Positions 52,944 to 62,077 of a stretch of 64,000 nucleotides of DNA are shown piece after piece (positions within the stretch are counted from its first letter, which is position 1; each line of letters starts with the position of its first letter). The DNA comes from a virus, in the IMG/VR virus record IMGVR_UViG_3300033145_000192, positions 32,001 through 96,000 of that record, one strand, 5' to 3'. The notes beneath the pieces were generated by a model. It was not told where the DNA came from and ran no database searches. It worked only from the letters and a program-made list of their open reading frames with translations. A program made the translations under genes and the position numbers.

Positions 52944-54076
52944 TGGTTGTAGTATTTCAAGATTGAATCTCTGAGCCTCGGGCCAATTAGCTCATTGCTA
53001 AAGCCCTCAACTCTTTCCCTAGCAGCCGCTTGCATCTTTGGCCACATAGCCCACTCACCAACATCTCTATGCTGCCATAGGTCAAAGGCGTTCCTCATTG
53101 CTGCTTTCAAATCACAAACATGAGGCTCTCTCCAGTTATCAGCGGCGGTATACATAAACTCATGCGGGTGAGGCATATCACAAACTGGACTGCTATTTGA
53201 AGCAACCAGCCAGCCACATTCATGGTTCACGAAGGCGGCAGGGCCAGTGTGGTCTGTAGCAATCACAGGGAGGCCGTAGCCTAATGCATCGAAGTGTGGG
53301 ACTCCCCACCCCTCTCCTCTTGATGGAAGCGCGTAGCAATCCGCAGTGGCATATAGCCTCTCGATGTCTTCGTGGGACATCACTTCATGGATGAGTTTGA
53401 TTGGTGGATAATTCTTAAGACGCAATATCCCCTTCATGGCATTGATAATTGACAGAATTCTATTGTTTTCCTGCACACCATCTTGTGGCCCCATGTAAAC
53501 CTTGAGGATAAGAACTACTGGGTCCTCTCTAGTAAACTCAGTAAAGTATGCCTTTAGAAGTGGGTCCATTCCCTTCTTCTTCGAATACTGCAAGATAGAC
53601 AAAAACTTGAAGCTATCGTCAGCCCCAGGAAGAACGAATGGCTCTACTTTCTTCTTATACTTGGTCATGTTGAACGAGTATGGAACCACTACGATTGGCT
53701 TAACAACACCACTCTTCTGTGCGGCAATTCTGTTCTGTTCAATTGGCACAAGAACCAAGTCCATTTGATTCAGCATATCAACCCACTGCTTAGGAATCCT
53801 ATCGGTTTCCCAGCAGAATGCGTTAATGTTGAACACTCCATCCTTACGCTCAGTCTCGTTTGGCGTAGTTTGCTGAATAACAATGTCTACGTCCTGCGTG
53901 TCCCTGTTCGCAAGTTTCTTCTCACGCTCACTTCTCTTGTATTCTCCACCATCGTATCTTAGGTCTCTGGTGACGAGATGCATTCCAGCAATATCAAGAG
54001 CCCTAACGTAATTCCTGGCAGCTTCAGCATATCCACTGAAGTCCAAAAGTGGGCCCACATATAGAGTTTTAAGCAT
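52925..54076 (-). CDS. GT4 glycosyltransferase
   Basis: SGYAEAAR, KKGMDPLL, LPSRGEGWGVPHFDALGYGLPVIAT. Confidence 0.9.
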   Translation of the reverse strand: MLKTLYVGPLLDFSGYAEAARNYVRALDIAGMHLVTRDLRYDGGEYKRSEREKKLANRDTQDVDIVIQQTTPNETERKDGVFNINAFCWETDRIPKQWVDMLNQMDLVLVPIEQNRIAAQKSGVVKPIVVVPYSFNMTKYKKKVEPFVLPGADDSFKFLSILQYSKKKGMDPLLKAYFTEFTREDPVVLILKVYMGPQDGVQENNRILSIINAMKGILRLKNYPPIKLIHEVMSHEDIERLYATADCYALPSRGEGWGVPHFDALGYGLPVIATDHTGPAAFVNHECGWLVASNSSPVCDMPHPHEFMYTAADNWREPHVCDLKAAMRNAFDLWQHRDVGEWAMWPKMQAAARERVEGFSNELIGPRLRDSILKYYNQWKKVN

Positions 54077-55794
54077 CAGACTATCATCCCCGGCATAGTA
54101 TTTGTGGAAGAAACACCAGTAGATGTATCAACCTCTATGCCTCTAAGAGCCAAGCTCCGTGTCCATCTAACTTCCTCAAACTTGTTCCTGGCATTTACTT
54201 GGTCACGGAAAAACGCCTCAACATTGTCCCTGGGAGTTCCACCCTTAAGACCACTCATCCAGTCATTCATCCCCTTCTCTTCTGGCTCACGACCAAGGAT
54301 GTTCGTGTAACACCATCTGACGAAAAGCTCATCTGAAATATCGCCCGATGGCCTCTTTGCTGTTACTGACTCAAACTTTGGAGGCTTGTCCCAAGTTGCG
54401 CTTCTCTCAAAAAGCTCAATGTCATTGAGGATTCTCTCAATCTTTTCTCCTGTAAGGTCCCACGAATGCATGCGCTCTGCGCAAGCCCTCGCCTGTGTGG
54501 CCAGCTTCTTCCGCTTATTCTCATCAAACGCCAACAGTTCCATCTTGTTAGCCATATCATCAATGTCTGGCAGAGCCCTAATCGCCTCTGTCTCTGCTTC
54601 GTGATATAGACGCTGAACCTTGATTGGCAATCCACCACCATTCTCTACATGGTCTTCCATCGCGGAGTAGTTCTGATACAAGCCAGCAATTCCACAAGCC
54701 TTTGATTCCATGATTGGAAGTCCCCAGCCCTCACAAATGGCCGGATGGACATAAATGTCTATGATATTGAATAGTTCAATCAGGTCTTCTTCCGACACTC
54801 CACTGTGGGTGCTCGGCATATGTGCGGCCATCTTTCCACACTTCCTGCACGCAGTAGCGCCCTGTGGAGTAGATGGAGCAAACCAATGAACATAGACATA
54901 GTCACAAGCATCGCACTTATAGGTGAAGAGCGTGTGTCTTTGAAGATTGAAATGCTGCACCAGATGCGGAATATTCCACCCCATATCTGGCCAACTGGTG
55001 TGGCAGAATAGCGCACTGTGTTGAATCCTGAGAGCATTAAACTCCTTCGCATCCAGCTTACCACCAGCCTGGACCTTCTTCTTAATCCTGGCTATCTTCT
55101 GTGGGGTGACCCACTTCCTGCGCAGTTGTGCATATGCGTGGAACAAGTCTGGATAGAGCTTACGCTTTTGATTTCTCATCACTGTGCCAAACACAAGTAG
55201 GGTTGGCTTAAGAATAAACTTGTCCCTAATCTCCGTGTGTGGAAGTGGCTTCCATACGTCAAGATTGACACCGGGGGAGGTAACGTCTGCCACCTCGATG
55301 CCATCTGCTTCTAGGACACGTTTGCCGTAGCGACTGTATGTTGAGATTGCGTCGGCCTGTTTGAAGATTCCCTTCACCCACTGCTTCTTTTGTGGTTGAG
55401 AATCTACGGTTGGCATTAGATAAAGCTTGAAGTTGCCACGGAATCTGGAAGCCTGTAGGTGTTCTACCATCCAGGGGTCGCGTGGGTCGAAAACAATATC
55501 TGGCTGGAAATCAGCTAGGATTGCATCAATCTTATACTTGCCAAACTGGTTTTGTGGGTGGCTGTCGTAAATCTTCTTCTCGCCCTCGTTTAGCGGAAGA
55601 ATACCATAGAATTTCCATGGCAACTTCTTACTCTCAGGACATACTGGCGGAGCATACGAACCAACTTCTGCAAGTTCATACTTTCCGGTAGCATGGAGCC
55701 TCTTTAGAAGCTCTCGATTGAAGATTGAAAATCCCGTAGCTAGAAAGCTGGCTTCGCCAGATATTAGAATTCTTTTCTTAGTGGGACTCGTCAT
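54076..55794 (-). CDS. GT4 glycosyltransferase with Zn-finger insert and C-terminal DUF4214-like domain
   Basis: MRNQKRK, CDAC..CRKC, EGWGLPIMESKACG; FVRWCYTNILGREPEEKG..W. Confidence 0.85.
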   Translation of the reverse strand: MTSPTKKRILISGEASFLATGFSIFNRELLKRLHATGKYELAEVGSYAPPVCPESKKLPWKFYGILPLNEGEKKIYDSHPQNQFGKYKIDAILADFQPDIVFDPRDPWMVEHLQASRFRGNFKLYLMPTVDSQPQKKQWVKGIFKQADAISTYSRYGKRVLEADGIEVADVTSPGVNLDVWKPLPHTEIRDKFILKPTLLVFGTVMRNQKRKLYPDLFHAYAQLRRKWVTPQKIARIKKKVQAGGKLDAKEFNALRIQHSALFCHTSWPDMGWNIPHLVQHFNLQRHTLFTYKCDACDYVYVHWFAPSTPQGATACRKCGKMAAHMPSTHSGVSEEDLIELFNIIDIYVHPAICEGWGLPIMESKACGIAGLYQNYSAMEDHVENGGGLPIKVQRLYHEAETEAIRALPDIDDMANKMELLAFDENKRKKLATQARACAERMHSWDLTGEKIERILNDIELFERSATWDKPPKFESVTAKRPSGDISDELFVRWCYTNILGREPEEKGMNDWMSGLKGGTPRDNVEAFFRDQVNARNKFEEVRWTRSLALRGIEVDTSTGVSSTNTMPGMIV

Positions 55795-56140
55795 GCGCGT
55801 CGTAACTCCATTGCCTTATCCTTAGCAACTCCTCAAGCTCCTCAATAGTCATCTTGTTGCAGCCTAGGAGTTTTTCCTTACCAAACCTTTTAAGCTTCTT
55901 GTATTTGAGCAGTAGGTTGAACACCTGAGAATTCAGTGCAAAGGGCTTATGAAGTTTTGCCAGTTCACGAATCATCTCATTAGTAACGCACCTATACAGA
56001 TAGCCCCTAAGATTGCTCCTAACTGTCCTCTTGTTTTTGAGTCCATTAAGCAATCCTATGTATCCTGCCTGTCGAGCATCTTCCCTTAGCCCCTCTGGGA
56101 TATGCCTTATGGCTACATTGATGATATCCTCGTGGTCCAT
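55778..56140 (-). CDS. Small sigma-factor region-2-like protein
   Basis: REDARQAGYIGLL...FRGYLY-like LRGYLYRCV. Confidence 0.55.
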   Translation of the reverse strand: MDHEDIINVAIRHIPEGLREDARQAGYIGLLNGLKNKRTVRSNLRGYLYRCVTNEMIRELAKLHKPFALNSQVFNLLLKYKKLKRFGKEKLLGCNKMTIEELEELLRIRQWSYDAHDESH

Positions 56141-56197
56141 ATGAACTCCAGTATTAGATTCGGGGCAGCCGAAGCTACCCCGAACCCCTGTCCTATT

Positions 56198-56638
56198 TCA
56201 GAATGGCAGGTCGCTGCCACCAGCATTTGCTGGCGCTGACGCTGGAGCGGAGTCAGGCTGTGCCTGCCCCTGGCCAGCATCCTGGTTAGCATCCTCGCCG
56301 GGCTTATCCTGACGTGGGCGCTCTGCCTGAATTTCACTGGCGTAAATCTTCAGCTTGCTTCTCTTCTGACCTTCCTTGGAGGTCCACTCGTCAGTCTCAA
56401 GCTGGCCTCTGACCATAACTGGAGTGCCCTTCTTGACGTATTGCGAAGCATAGTCGGCTCTTTGATTCCAAACCTCACAGTCGATATATGTGGCCTTTTC
56501 ATCATATGTGCCATCACGCTTCTTGATTCTACGGTTAGAAACAAGCCTGAATGTGGCAACGCGAGATTCTCCAACGCTCTTCAACTCTACGTCCTTAACT
56601 GCACGCCCTAGGAAACGAACTTCATTGAGGTAAAACAT
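56198..56638 (-). CDS. ssb: Single-stranded DNA-binding protein
   Basis: LNEVRFLGR, YIDCEVW, KGTPVMVRGQL, C-terminal DLPF. Confidence 0.95.
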   Translation of the reverse strand: MFYLNEVRFLGRAVKDVELKSVGESRVATFRLVSNRRIKKRDGTYDEKATYIDCEVWNQRADYASQYVKKGTPVMVRGQLETDEWTSKEGQKRSKLKIYASEIQAERPRQDKPGEDANQDAGQGQAQPDSAPASAPANAGGSDLPF

Positions 56639-56687
56639 TACACTTCTCCTTACAAATATTGAACCAACTACGGTCCATGTGGCTTGA

Positions 56688-56715
56688 TTATAGGCTGCTG
56701 AAAATCAAAGTAAAG
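56688..56715 (-). promoter_or_regulatory. Sigma70-like promoter TTTACT-N16-TATAAT upstream of ssb
   Basis: Minus strand tttact ttgattttcagcagcc tataat; coordinates approximate to a few nt. Confidence 0.45.
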
Positions 56716-56721
56716 CCCAAA

Positions 56722-58308
56722 TCAAAGGTGGTCAATTGCCCTGACCAAAAAGCTGTCCCGGTCTTTCTTACCAGTAATCAGCACAGGCTTGCCTTCTTCG
56801 ATAATCCAGCCAATCCTGTTGTAGATACTAGAGAATACCACTACTGAATCAATCATGTAGGTTTCATCAGATACGGTCAGGAAGCACATTTCATTGTGAT
56901 TCTTGTCCTTAATCTTACGAACCTTCTCGATTACGACACCGATACAACCATCGGTCTTGTTTCTAAGTTTGCCCATGTTTTTGAGCTTGATGTTCACTCT
57001 TGGGTTGTAATGGAGGTCTACTAGGCTTCCAGATAGTGGAATACCGAGATAATACTTCTCCCATGCAATGCACATCTTCTTTGGTGTGCCGCCAAGTTCA
57101 CGGGCAACCTCTCCAATTGCTTCCTTGATTCTTGGCTTTCTCGACTTGTTTGGAACCTTTGAATCCATCAGGTTATTCAGGGCCTCATTAAGTGAGGACC
57201 CATCATCTAGCTGACTGAACATAAAGTCTCGCTCACGCTTTGTGAGAATACCGAAGACCTTATACCACGACAAGAGCCTGACTCTGTGTGGTGTCATGTA
57301 GTCTAAAGCACCAGATTTAATCAGTGCTATGACCACACCCTTGTTGACCTTAGTTCCTTCTCCAAATGCCTTTCTGAGAAATTCTACATCTCCCTTTGCA
57401 TCTGCAATCTTCGCTAATGCCTTTAGCGCACTCTTTCCAACTCCCTTGATATGACCAAGGCCAAAGGCTATCGTAGCACCATCAACGATGTCGAAGTCGT
57501 GGTTCAACTTCTTCAGACATGGCGGCTGAACAGTGATATTAAATAGCCTAGCCTCATGCACAAGCTCTTGAATTTCTTCCAACGAATCCTGCTTACTATC
57601 AGAGTTCGTCAACATGGCCTTAAAGAACTGTAGCGGATAGTGGCACTTTGCGTATGCCGTCTTGTAACCAATCATGGCATACGACACACCATGAGATTTA
57701 TTGAAGCCATAGCCACTGAACTTGGAAATCCAGCCAAAGATGGTCTCAGCAATCTCAGGGTCATGCCCTCTAGCTGCGGCTCCAGCAAGGAACTTCTCCT
57801 TTACTATGGCCATCACATCTTCTTTTTTCTTACCAACAGCCTTTCGGGCTACGTCAGCTTCCTTTAGCGAGAACCCAGCAAAGTCGGTGCAGATACGCAT
57901 GATTTGCTCTTGGTAAATCGGCACGCCATTGGTGTCACAAAAGATTGGCTCAAGCACCGGATGAATATATTCCGGCTCCCATTCTCCATTCCGAACTTTG
58001 ATATAGCTGTGGGTGATGGATGAGAACTCACCAGGTTTGTCTGGCTTCTCTCGATACTCGGCCTCAAGACATCCTGGCCTGATAAGCGACACAACGTCAC
58101 TTAGCTCCTCAATGTCTCTAGGCTTTACTTCTCTAGCATACCTCTTTCCAAGGTTACCTTCAAGCTGAAAAACACCCTTTGTGTATCCAGTGCCTATTAG
58201 GTCCCAGGTCGGGCCATCATCAAGAGGAATTTCCGCAAAGTCTAGCTTTGTTTTCTTGGCTTTAAGCGCCAGCGTCTTTTCTCTTCTTTCCTCTGCTTCA
58301 CTTTTCAT
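56722..58308 (-). CDS. dnaE: DNA polymerase III alpha, C-terminal half (fingers, HhH, OB)
   Basis: IPLDD, GVFQLE, LIRPG, PIYQEQIM, GYGFNKSH, FGLGHIKGVG, WEKYYLG. Confidence 0.93.
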   Translation of the reverse strand: MKSEAEERREKTLALKAKKTKLDFAEIPLDDGPTWDLIGTGYTKGVFQLEGNLGKRYAREVKPRDIEELSDVVSLIRPGCLEAEYREKPDKPGEFSSITHSYIKVRNGEWEPEYIHPVLEPIFCDTNGVPIYQEQIMRICTDFAGFSLKEADVARKAVGKKKEDVMAIVKEKFLAGAAARGHDPEIAETIFGWISKFSGYGFNKSHGVSYAMIGYKTAYAKCHYPLQFFKAMLTNSDSKQDSLEEIQELVHEARLFNITVQPPCLKKLNHDFDIVDGATIAFGLGHIKGVGKSALKALAKIADAKGDVEFLRKAFGEGTKVNKGVVIALIKSGALDYMTPHRVRLLSWYKVFGILTKRERDFMFSQLDDGSSLNEALNNLMDSKVPNKSRKPRIKEAIGEVARELGGTPKKMCIAWEKYYLGIPLSGSLVDLHYNPRVNIKLKNMGKLRNKTDGCIGVVIEKVRKIKDKNHNEMCFLTVSDETYMIDSVVVFSSIYNRIGWIIEEGKPVLITGKKDRDSFLVRAIDHL

Positions 58309-58874
58309 CTATCCTGCTCCCAGCACTTAAAGCACCTTGGTTCATACAATTCGGCACCACCAACAGCAACCTGCTCGGTGCTCCCATCTTTCCTAAATGT
58401 CCTCGTGGCAGCATGGAGCGTTTTACACTCAGCACACACAGCCTTGAGATTTATTATGTTGTCCGCAACTGCTAGGAGAGAAGGCATTGCGCCAAATGGC
58501 CTACCTTCCGAGTCTTGTGACAGTCCAGCACAGATGACCTCGTAACCCCACGAGCATACCATTTTGGATACCAACGTCTCGAAGCTCTTCACGTCAAAGA
58601 ACTGAGCCTCATCGAAGATGATAACGTCTACTGGGTGTGCTGGCTGTATCTTACGAATGATTTCAAAGCATCCACCTGGCTCATCCTTGTTCAAGATAAA
58701 CGCCGGGAACTGGTGTTTGTCATGCGTAAGAATAAGGCTAGCAGACTCATACCTTGTGTCATTTGATGGCTTGAATCCAACCACCATCTTACCAGCGACA
58801 ACATTGGCGAGGGCTAATGAAATCAGCCTAGAAGTCTTCCCCGCGAACATTGGCCCGTTAATGACTGTCAGCAT
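58305..58874 (-). CDS. tdk: Thymidine kinase
   Basis: GPMFAGKT, DTRY, IFDEAQF, AGL..D..GRPFG, C..C, VAVGG..YEPRC. Confidence 0.95.
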   Translation of the reverse strand: MLTVINGPMFAGKTSRLISLALANVVAGKMVVGFKPSNDTRYESASLILTHDKHQFPAFILNKDEPGGCFEIIRKIQPAHPVDVIIFDEAQFFDVKSFETLVSKMVCSWGYEVICAGLSQDSEGRPFGAMPSLLAVADNIINLKAVCAECKTLHAATRTFRKDGSTEQVAVGGAELYEPRCFKCWEQDR

Positions 58875-59092
58875 TACTTCTCTCCAAGTTCCTTACCGTA
58901 TGTCTTCTTGAACCAGTCTCCAGCCCTAACCTTCGGCATACCAAAGGTGGCACCAGGAGCTATAATCCTTCGACATAGTCCAATGCATCTGGAATCTTCG
59001 CAGTTGTATAGAATCTTCGCATCGTGTGACATTGGAAGCTTTAAGCTGTATTTGGCTTTACACCTCTCACACTTGTATACGTAGTTAGGCAC
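58874..59092 (-). CDS. FmdB-like zinc-ribbon protein
   Basis: MPNYVYKCERC...C....C. Confidence 0.75.
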   Translation of the reverse strand: MPNYVYKCERCKAKYSLKLPMSHDAKILYNCEDSRCIGLCRRIIAPGATFGMPKVRAGDWFKKTYGKELGEK

Positions 59093-59564
59093 AAATTACC
59101 ACCACTTCATATGGAACACCATCGCCAACAATCTTATCGAGACTGACCAGCGCAAGGTGGAACTTCTTCCTGTCTCCACCCTTCTTTACTGTCACATTGG
59201 ATGGTTCAAGAATATACTCGCGCAGCTTGCCTAACTCGAACTTGTAAATGTTCCTAGACTCGCCCGCCGGAACTACATAGTAGACATCGTGTGCCTTGGT
59301 CCCAAGCATACCAGTGAGCTTCTTGCCATTAGAAAGTTCAAAACAAAGGTTTCCGGTCTTCTCAGCCATGACATCGAACTTCACTTCAATGTCTACTGGC
59401 GTGCCATCAAGCCCGTTTGGGTATGACCGAATATCGCCATGCTCCTGTTCCTTCTTGCCCTCAAGTTCATGACACGTAATGTCATTGTCTACGAGGTGGT
59501 CCATCACAATCTCGACTGCTTCCTGTGAAAGTGCTAAGTCTTTCCTAAATGAGTAATGCGCCAT
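59085..59564 (-). CDS. PD-(D/E)XK-like nuclease-fold protein
   Basis: GDI...DIEVKFD..AEKTGNLCFE. Confidence 0.55.
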   Translation of the reverse strand: MAHYSFRKDLALSQEAVEIVMDHLVDNDITCHELEGKKEQEHGDIRSYPNGLDGTPVDIEVKFDVMAEKTGNLCFELSNGKKLTGMLGTKAHDVYYVVPAGESRNIYKFELGKLREYILEPSNVTVKKGGDRKKFHLALVSLDKIVGDGVPYEVVVICA

Positions 59565-59579
59565 TTTCAGTGCTCCAAG

Positions 59580-60074
59580 CTATTGTTTTCCTGTGCTTCC
59601 AAATCCACCATCTCCACGAAGCGTTGCATCAAGGTCATCCACTGAAGCAAACATCGCTTGAGGTGCCTTCTTCAAAACAAACTGAGCAATACGCTCATTG
59701 GCTTCAATCGCATACGGCTCTTCGGTGTTGTTGTGCAACAGCACCATGCACGGCCCGCGATAGCCAGAATCAATTGTGCCAGGAGAGTTGGCGACTACAA
59801 TGCCGCGCTTTGCTAGTCCACTCCTAGAACGAACTTGTATCTCCCAGCCCTTCGGGATTGCCATGCGGAAGCCTAGCGAAATTAGCTTTGTTTCTCCAGG
59901 CGCAAGAAAGTATCCGCCCTTTTTAACAATAGCTGAGTTACCACTAGACTGGCCGGTATAGCGTCCAGACTCATTGACTGGGTTCTGGATAGCTCGAACA
60001 TCGGCACCCGCATCTCCAGCATGCTTATACTCTGGCAGACTGCCGCCCTCTAGTTTTACCTTAACCAGTTCCAT
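59580..60074 (-). CDS. dut: Trimeric dUTPase
   Basis: AGADV, RSRSGL, NSPGTIDSGYRG, RIAQ, RGDGGFGSTG; start taken at MELVKV. Confidence 0.97.
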   Translation of the reverse strand: MELVKVKLEGGSLPEYKHAGDAGADVRAIQNPVNESGRYTGQSSGNSAIVKKGGYFLAPGETKLISLGFRMAIPKGWEIQVRSRSGLAKRGIVVANSPGTIDSGYRGPCMVLLHNNTEEPYAIEANERIAQFVLKKAPQAMFASVDDLDATLRGDGGFGSTGKQ

Positions 60075-61854
60075 TGATTTCCTCCTCCATGTCACCGAGC
60101 ACGTCCATAGTTTTGAGACCAAGGACATCCATTTTAACGTATCCCATACCATCAAGAGTCTCACCATCATACTCGGTGATTTTGACCTTGTCCTTCGTGT
60201 CCCACCTTAGCGGAACGCCACCATTCTCGAATGGCTCATCGGAAATAATCAAACCAGCGGCATGCTTGCCTCTACTCTTCTGGCAACCTTGTAGTTTCTT
60301 AGCAATCCTAAATAGCCTCGGATGCTTCTTTTCGTATTCCTGTAGTCTCTCAGAGTTCTCTAGTGCCTTCTCGATTGTCTTTGCCTTGAGACCAACCAAA
60401 CGTGTCATTACGTTGGCGTCCTCAAAGCTCATTCCATTCTTCCCTAGCACCTTCGCAACGTCCTTCAGCACTGCCTTTGGCATCAGTCTATTGAACGTGA
60501 CCATCTGGGCAACCCTATCCTCACCGAACCTATCTCGGATGTAGTTGATTACCTTTCCACGATTCTTCTTAGAGAAGTCCATGTCGATGTCAGCAAGTGA
60601 GCCCTTACGCCCAGCGTTGTAGAACCTTTCCCAAATCAAACCGAATTTAATCGGCTCAATCTCGGTGATGCTCAAGCAATAAGACACCAGAGAGCCAGCA
60701 GCACTACCTCTGCCTGGTCCCACCGAAATCCCCTCACTGCGAGCCCAACTAACAATGTCCCAAACAATGAGGAAATAGTCGGCCAGCCCCGCGTCTTTGA
60801 TGTCGGCCATCTCTTTTGCGATGCGAGCCTGGTATACTTCTGACGCATCTCCCAGTCTATGTCCGAATACCATCCCATAGCCATCCTCCACTAGTTTTTC
60901 TAAATACTGGAATGAATCGAAACGGATATCTGGAATGAATGCATACTTCGGTAGATGCATCTTCTTCTCAATCTCAACGTCCCCGATTCTATCTACGACC
61001 TCAAGGGTAGCCTCTAGTTCATGTTGAAGCAGACTGGTCATCCTCTGCTCGTTGTTCTCTGTGGTTAGAGGCTCGCCAAGAATATGGTGAGCATCCTTCA
61101 GCCAATACTCTCGTGTTGAGTAGTATGGACGGAATCCACGGCCCTTTCCATATCCGATTGGAGTATCAAACGTGTGGCCAGTTCTGATTGCCCAAATGCC
61201 CTCGTGTGCCTCTACGTCTTCTTTGTCGATGTAATGGGAATCAATCGTTCCAACGCACTTCATATCCAGCTTACGACCCATTAGACGCAATGCCTGGTTA
61301 ACTTCCGGCTGGACATCTAGTCCACCGTCTTGAACTTCTAGGTAGAGTCTATCACCGAAAATCCCTCTGAGCATGACGAGATTCTTCATTGCCTCGTCGA
61401 AGTCCTTCTCAGCTAGGTTGTAAGGCACGATTCCCTTAAGGCAGCCGGTCAGACAGATGATGCCATCCGAGTGAAGGGTAAGGTCTTTGTAGTCGATGCG
61501 CGGCACGTAGTAGAACTTCTCGTTCGCCTTCGTCGTTAGCTTCTTTATGTTAATCCAGCCTTCTGCATTCATTGCTAGAAGAACTAGGTGGTGGGCCAAC
61601 CTTTTCTTGTCGGCCCTAGACTGCTCTGCATCAGCGACCATATAGAACTCAGATGCGAAGATTGGCTTAATCCCCTGCTTCTTGCACTCTCTGAAGAACT
61701 CAGGAACTCCAGCGATTGTGCCGTGGTCAGTAAGTGCAATTGCCTTATGACCAAACTCCAATGCTCGCTTAACAAGCTGTGGAATCTTGGCAATAGCGTC
61801 GAGTTCGCTATAAGTGCTGTGAGTGTGGAGGTGGGCCATTTCAACTTTTTTCAT
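60061..61854 (-). CDS. dnaE: DNA polymerase III alpha, N-terminal half (PHP, palm, thumb)
   Basis: HLHTHSTYS, ALTDHG, GPGRGSAAGSLV, ADIDMDF, KHAAG, VKMDVLGL. Confidence 0.95.
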   Translation of the reverse strand: MKKVEMAHLHTHSTYSELDAIAKIPQLVKRALEFGHKAIALTDHGTIAGVPEFFRECKKQGIKPIFASEFYMVADAEQSRADKKRLAHHLVLLAMNAEGWINIKKLTTKANEKFYYVPRIDYKDLTLHSDGIICLTGCLKGIVPYNLAEKDFDEAMKNLVMLRGIFGDRLYLEVQDGGLDVQPEVNQALRLMGRKLDMKCVGTIDSHYIDKEDVEAHEGIWAIRTGHTFDTPIGYGKGRGFRPYYSTREYWLKDAHHILGEPLTTENNEQRMTSLLQHELEATLEVVDRIGDVEIEKKMHLPKYAFIPDIRFDSFQYLEKLVEDGYGMVFGHRLGDASEVYQARIAKEMADIKDAGLADYFLIVWDIVSWARSEGISVGPGRGSAAGSLVSYCLSITEIEPIKFGLIWERFYNAGRKGSLADIDMDFSKKNRGKVINYIRDRFGEDRVAQMVTFNRLMPKAVLKDVAKVLGKNGMSFEDANVMTRLVGLKAKTIEKALENSERLQEYEKKHPRLFRIAKKLQGCQKSRGKHAAGLIISDEPFENGGVPLRWDTKDKVKITEYDGETLDGMGYVKMDVLGLKTMDVLGDMEEEINGTG

Positions 61855-62077
61855 TTTTCAACACCTTAAATCTTACTTCTATCTCTGAGTCATCTAAGAA
61901 TAGCGGCTCTGTGTGCCATGCTGGAGTCTCTAGGCAATTATCATAGGTTACGCCAGCCAGCTTGTAACCGTTGATTACTCGTCTGGCTGTGTTTGCGTAT
62001 ATCCAAATGTTATGCCACTCACTCGTCAGTCTGAACAGGTATCTCGGGTGTGTATTCACCGCCCCTGTGGATTTCAT
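61841..62077 (-). CDS. Hypothetical protein
   Basis: Short ORF bridging the operon. Confidence 0.4.
   Translation of the reverse strand: MKSTGAVNTHPRYLFRLTSEWHNIWIYANTARRVINGYKLAGVTYDNCLETPAWHTEPLFLDDSEIEVRFKVLKNEKS

Noticed and set aside
27366-55794. Host chromosomal O-antigen/capsule locus
   Set aside because: No wzx/wzy/wzm/wzt or initiating transferase, and it is continuous and co-oriented with phage-type replication genes
60075-60170. N-terminal extension of dUTPase in the ORF track
   Set aside because: It overlaps the conserved dnaE end; ATG 60074 has a ggagg RBS and gives a normal dUTPase length
56722-61854. Split intein or group I intron in dnaE
   Set aside because: No intein terminal residues; the intervening 1.75 kb is filled with ordinary intact genes and shows no intron core
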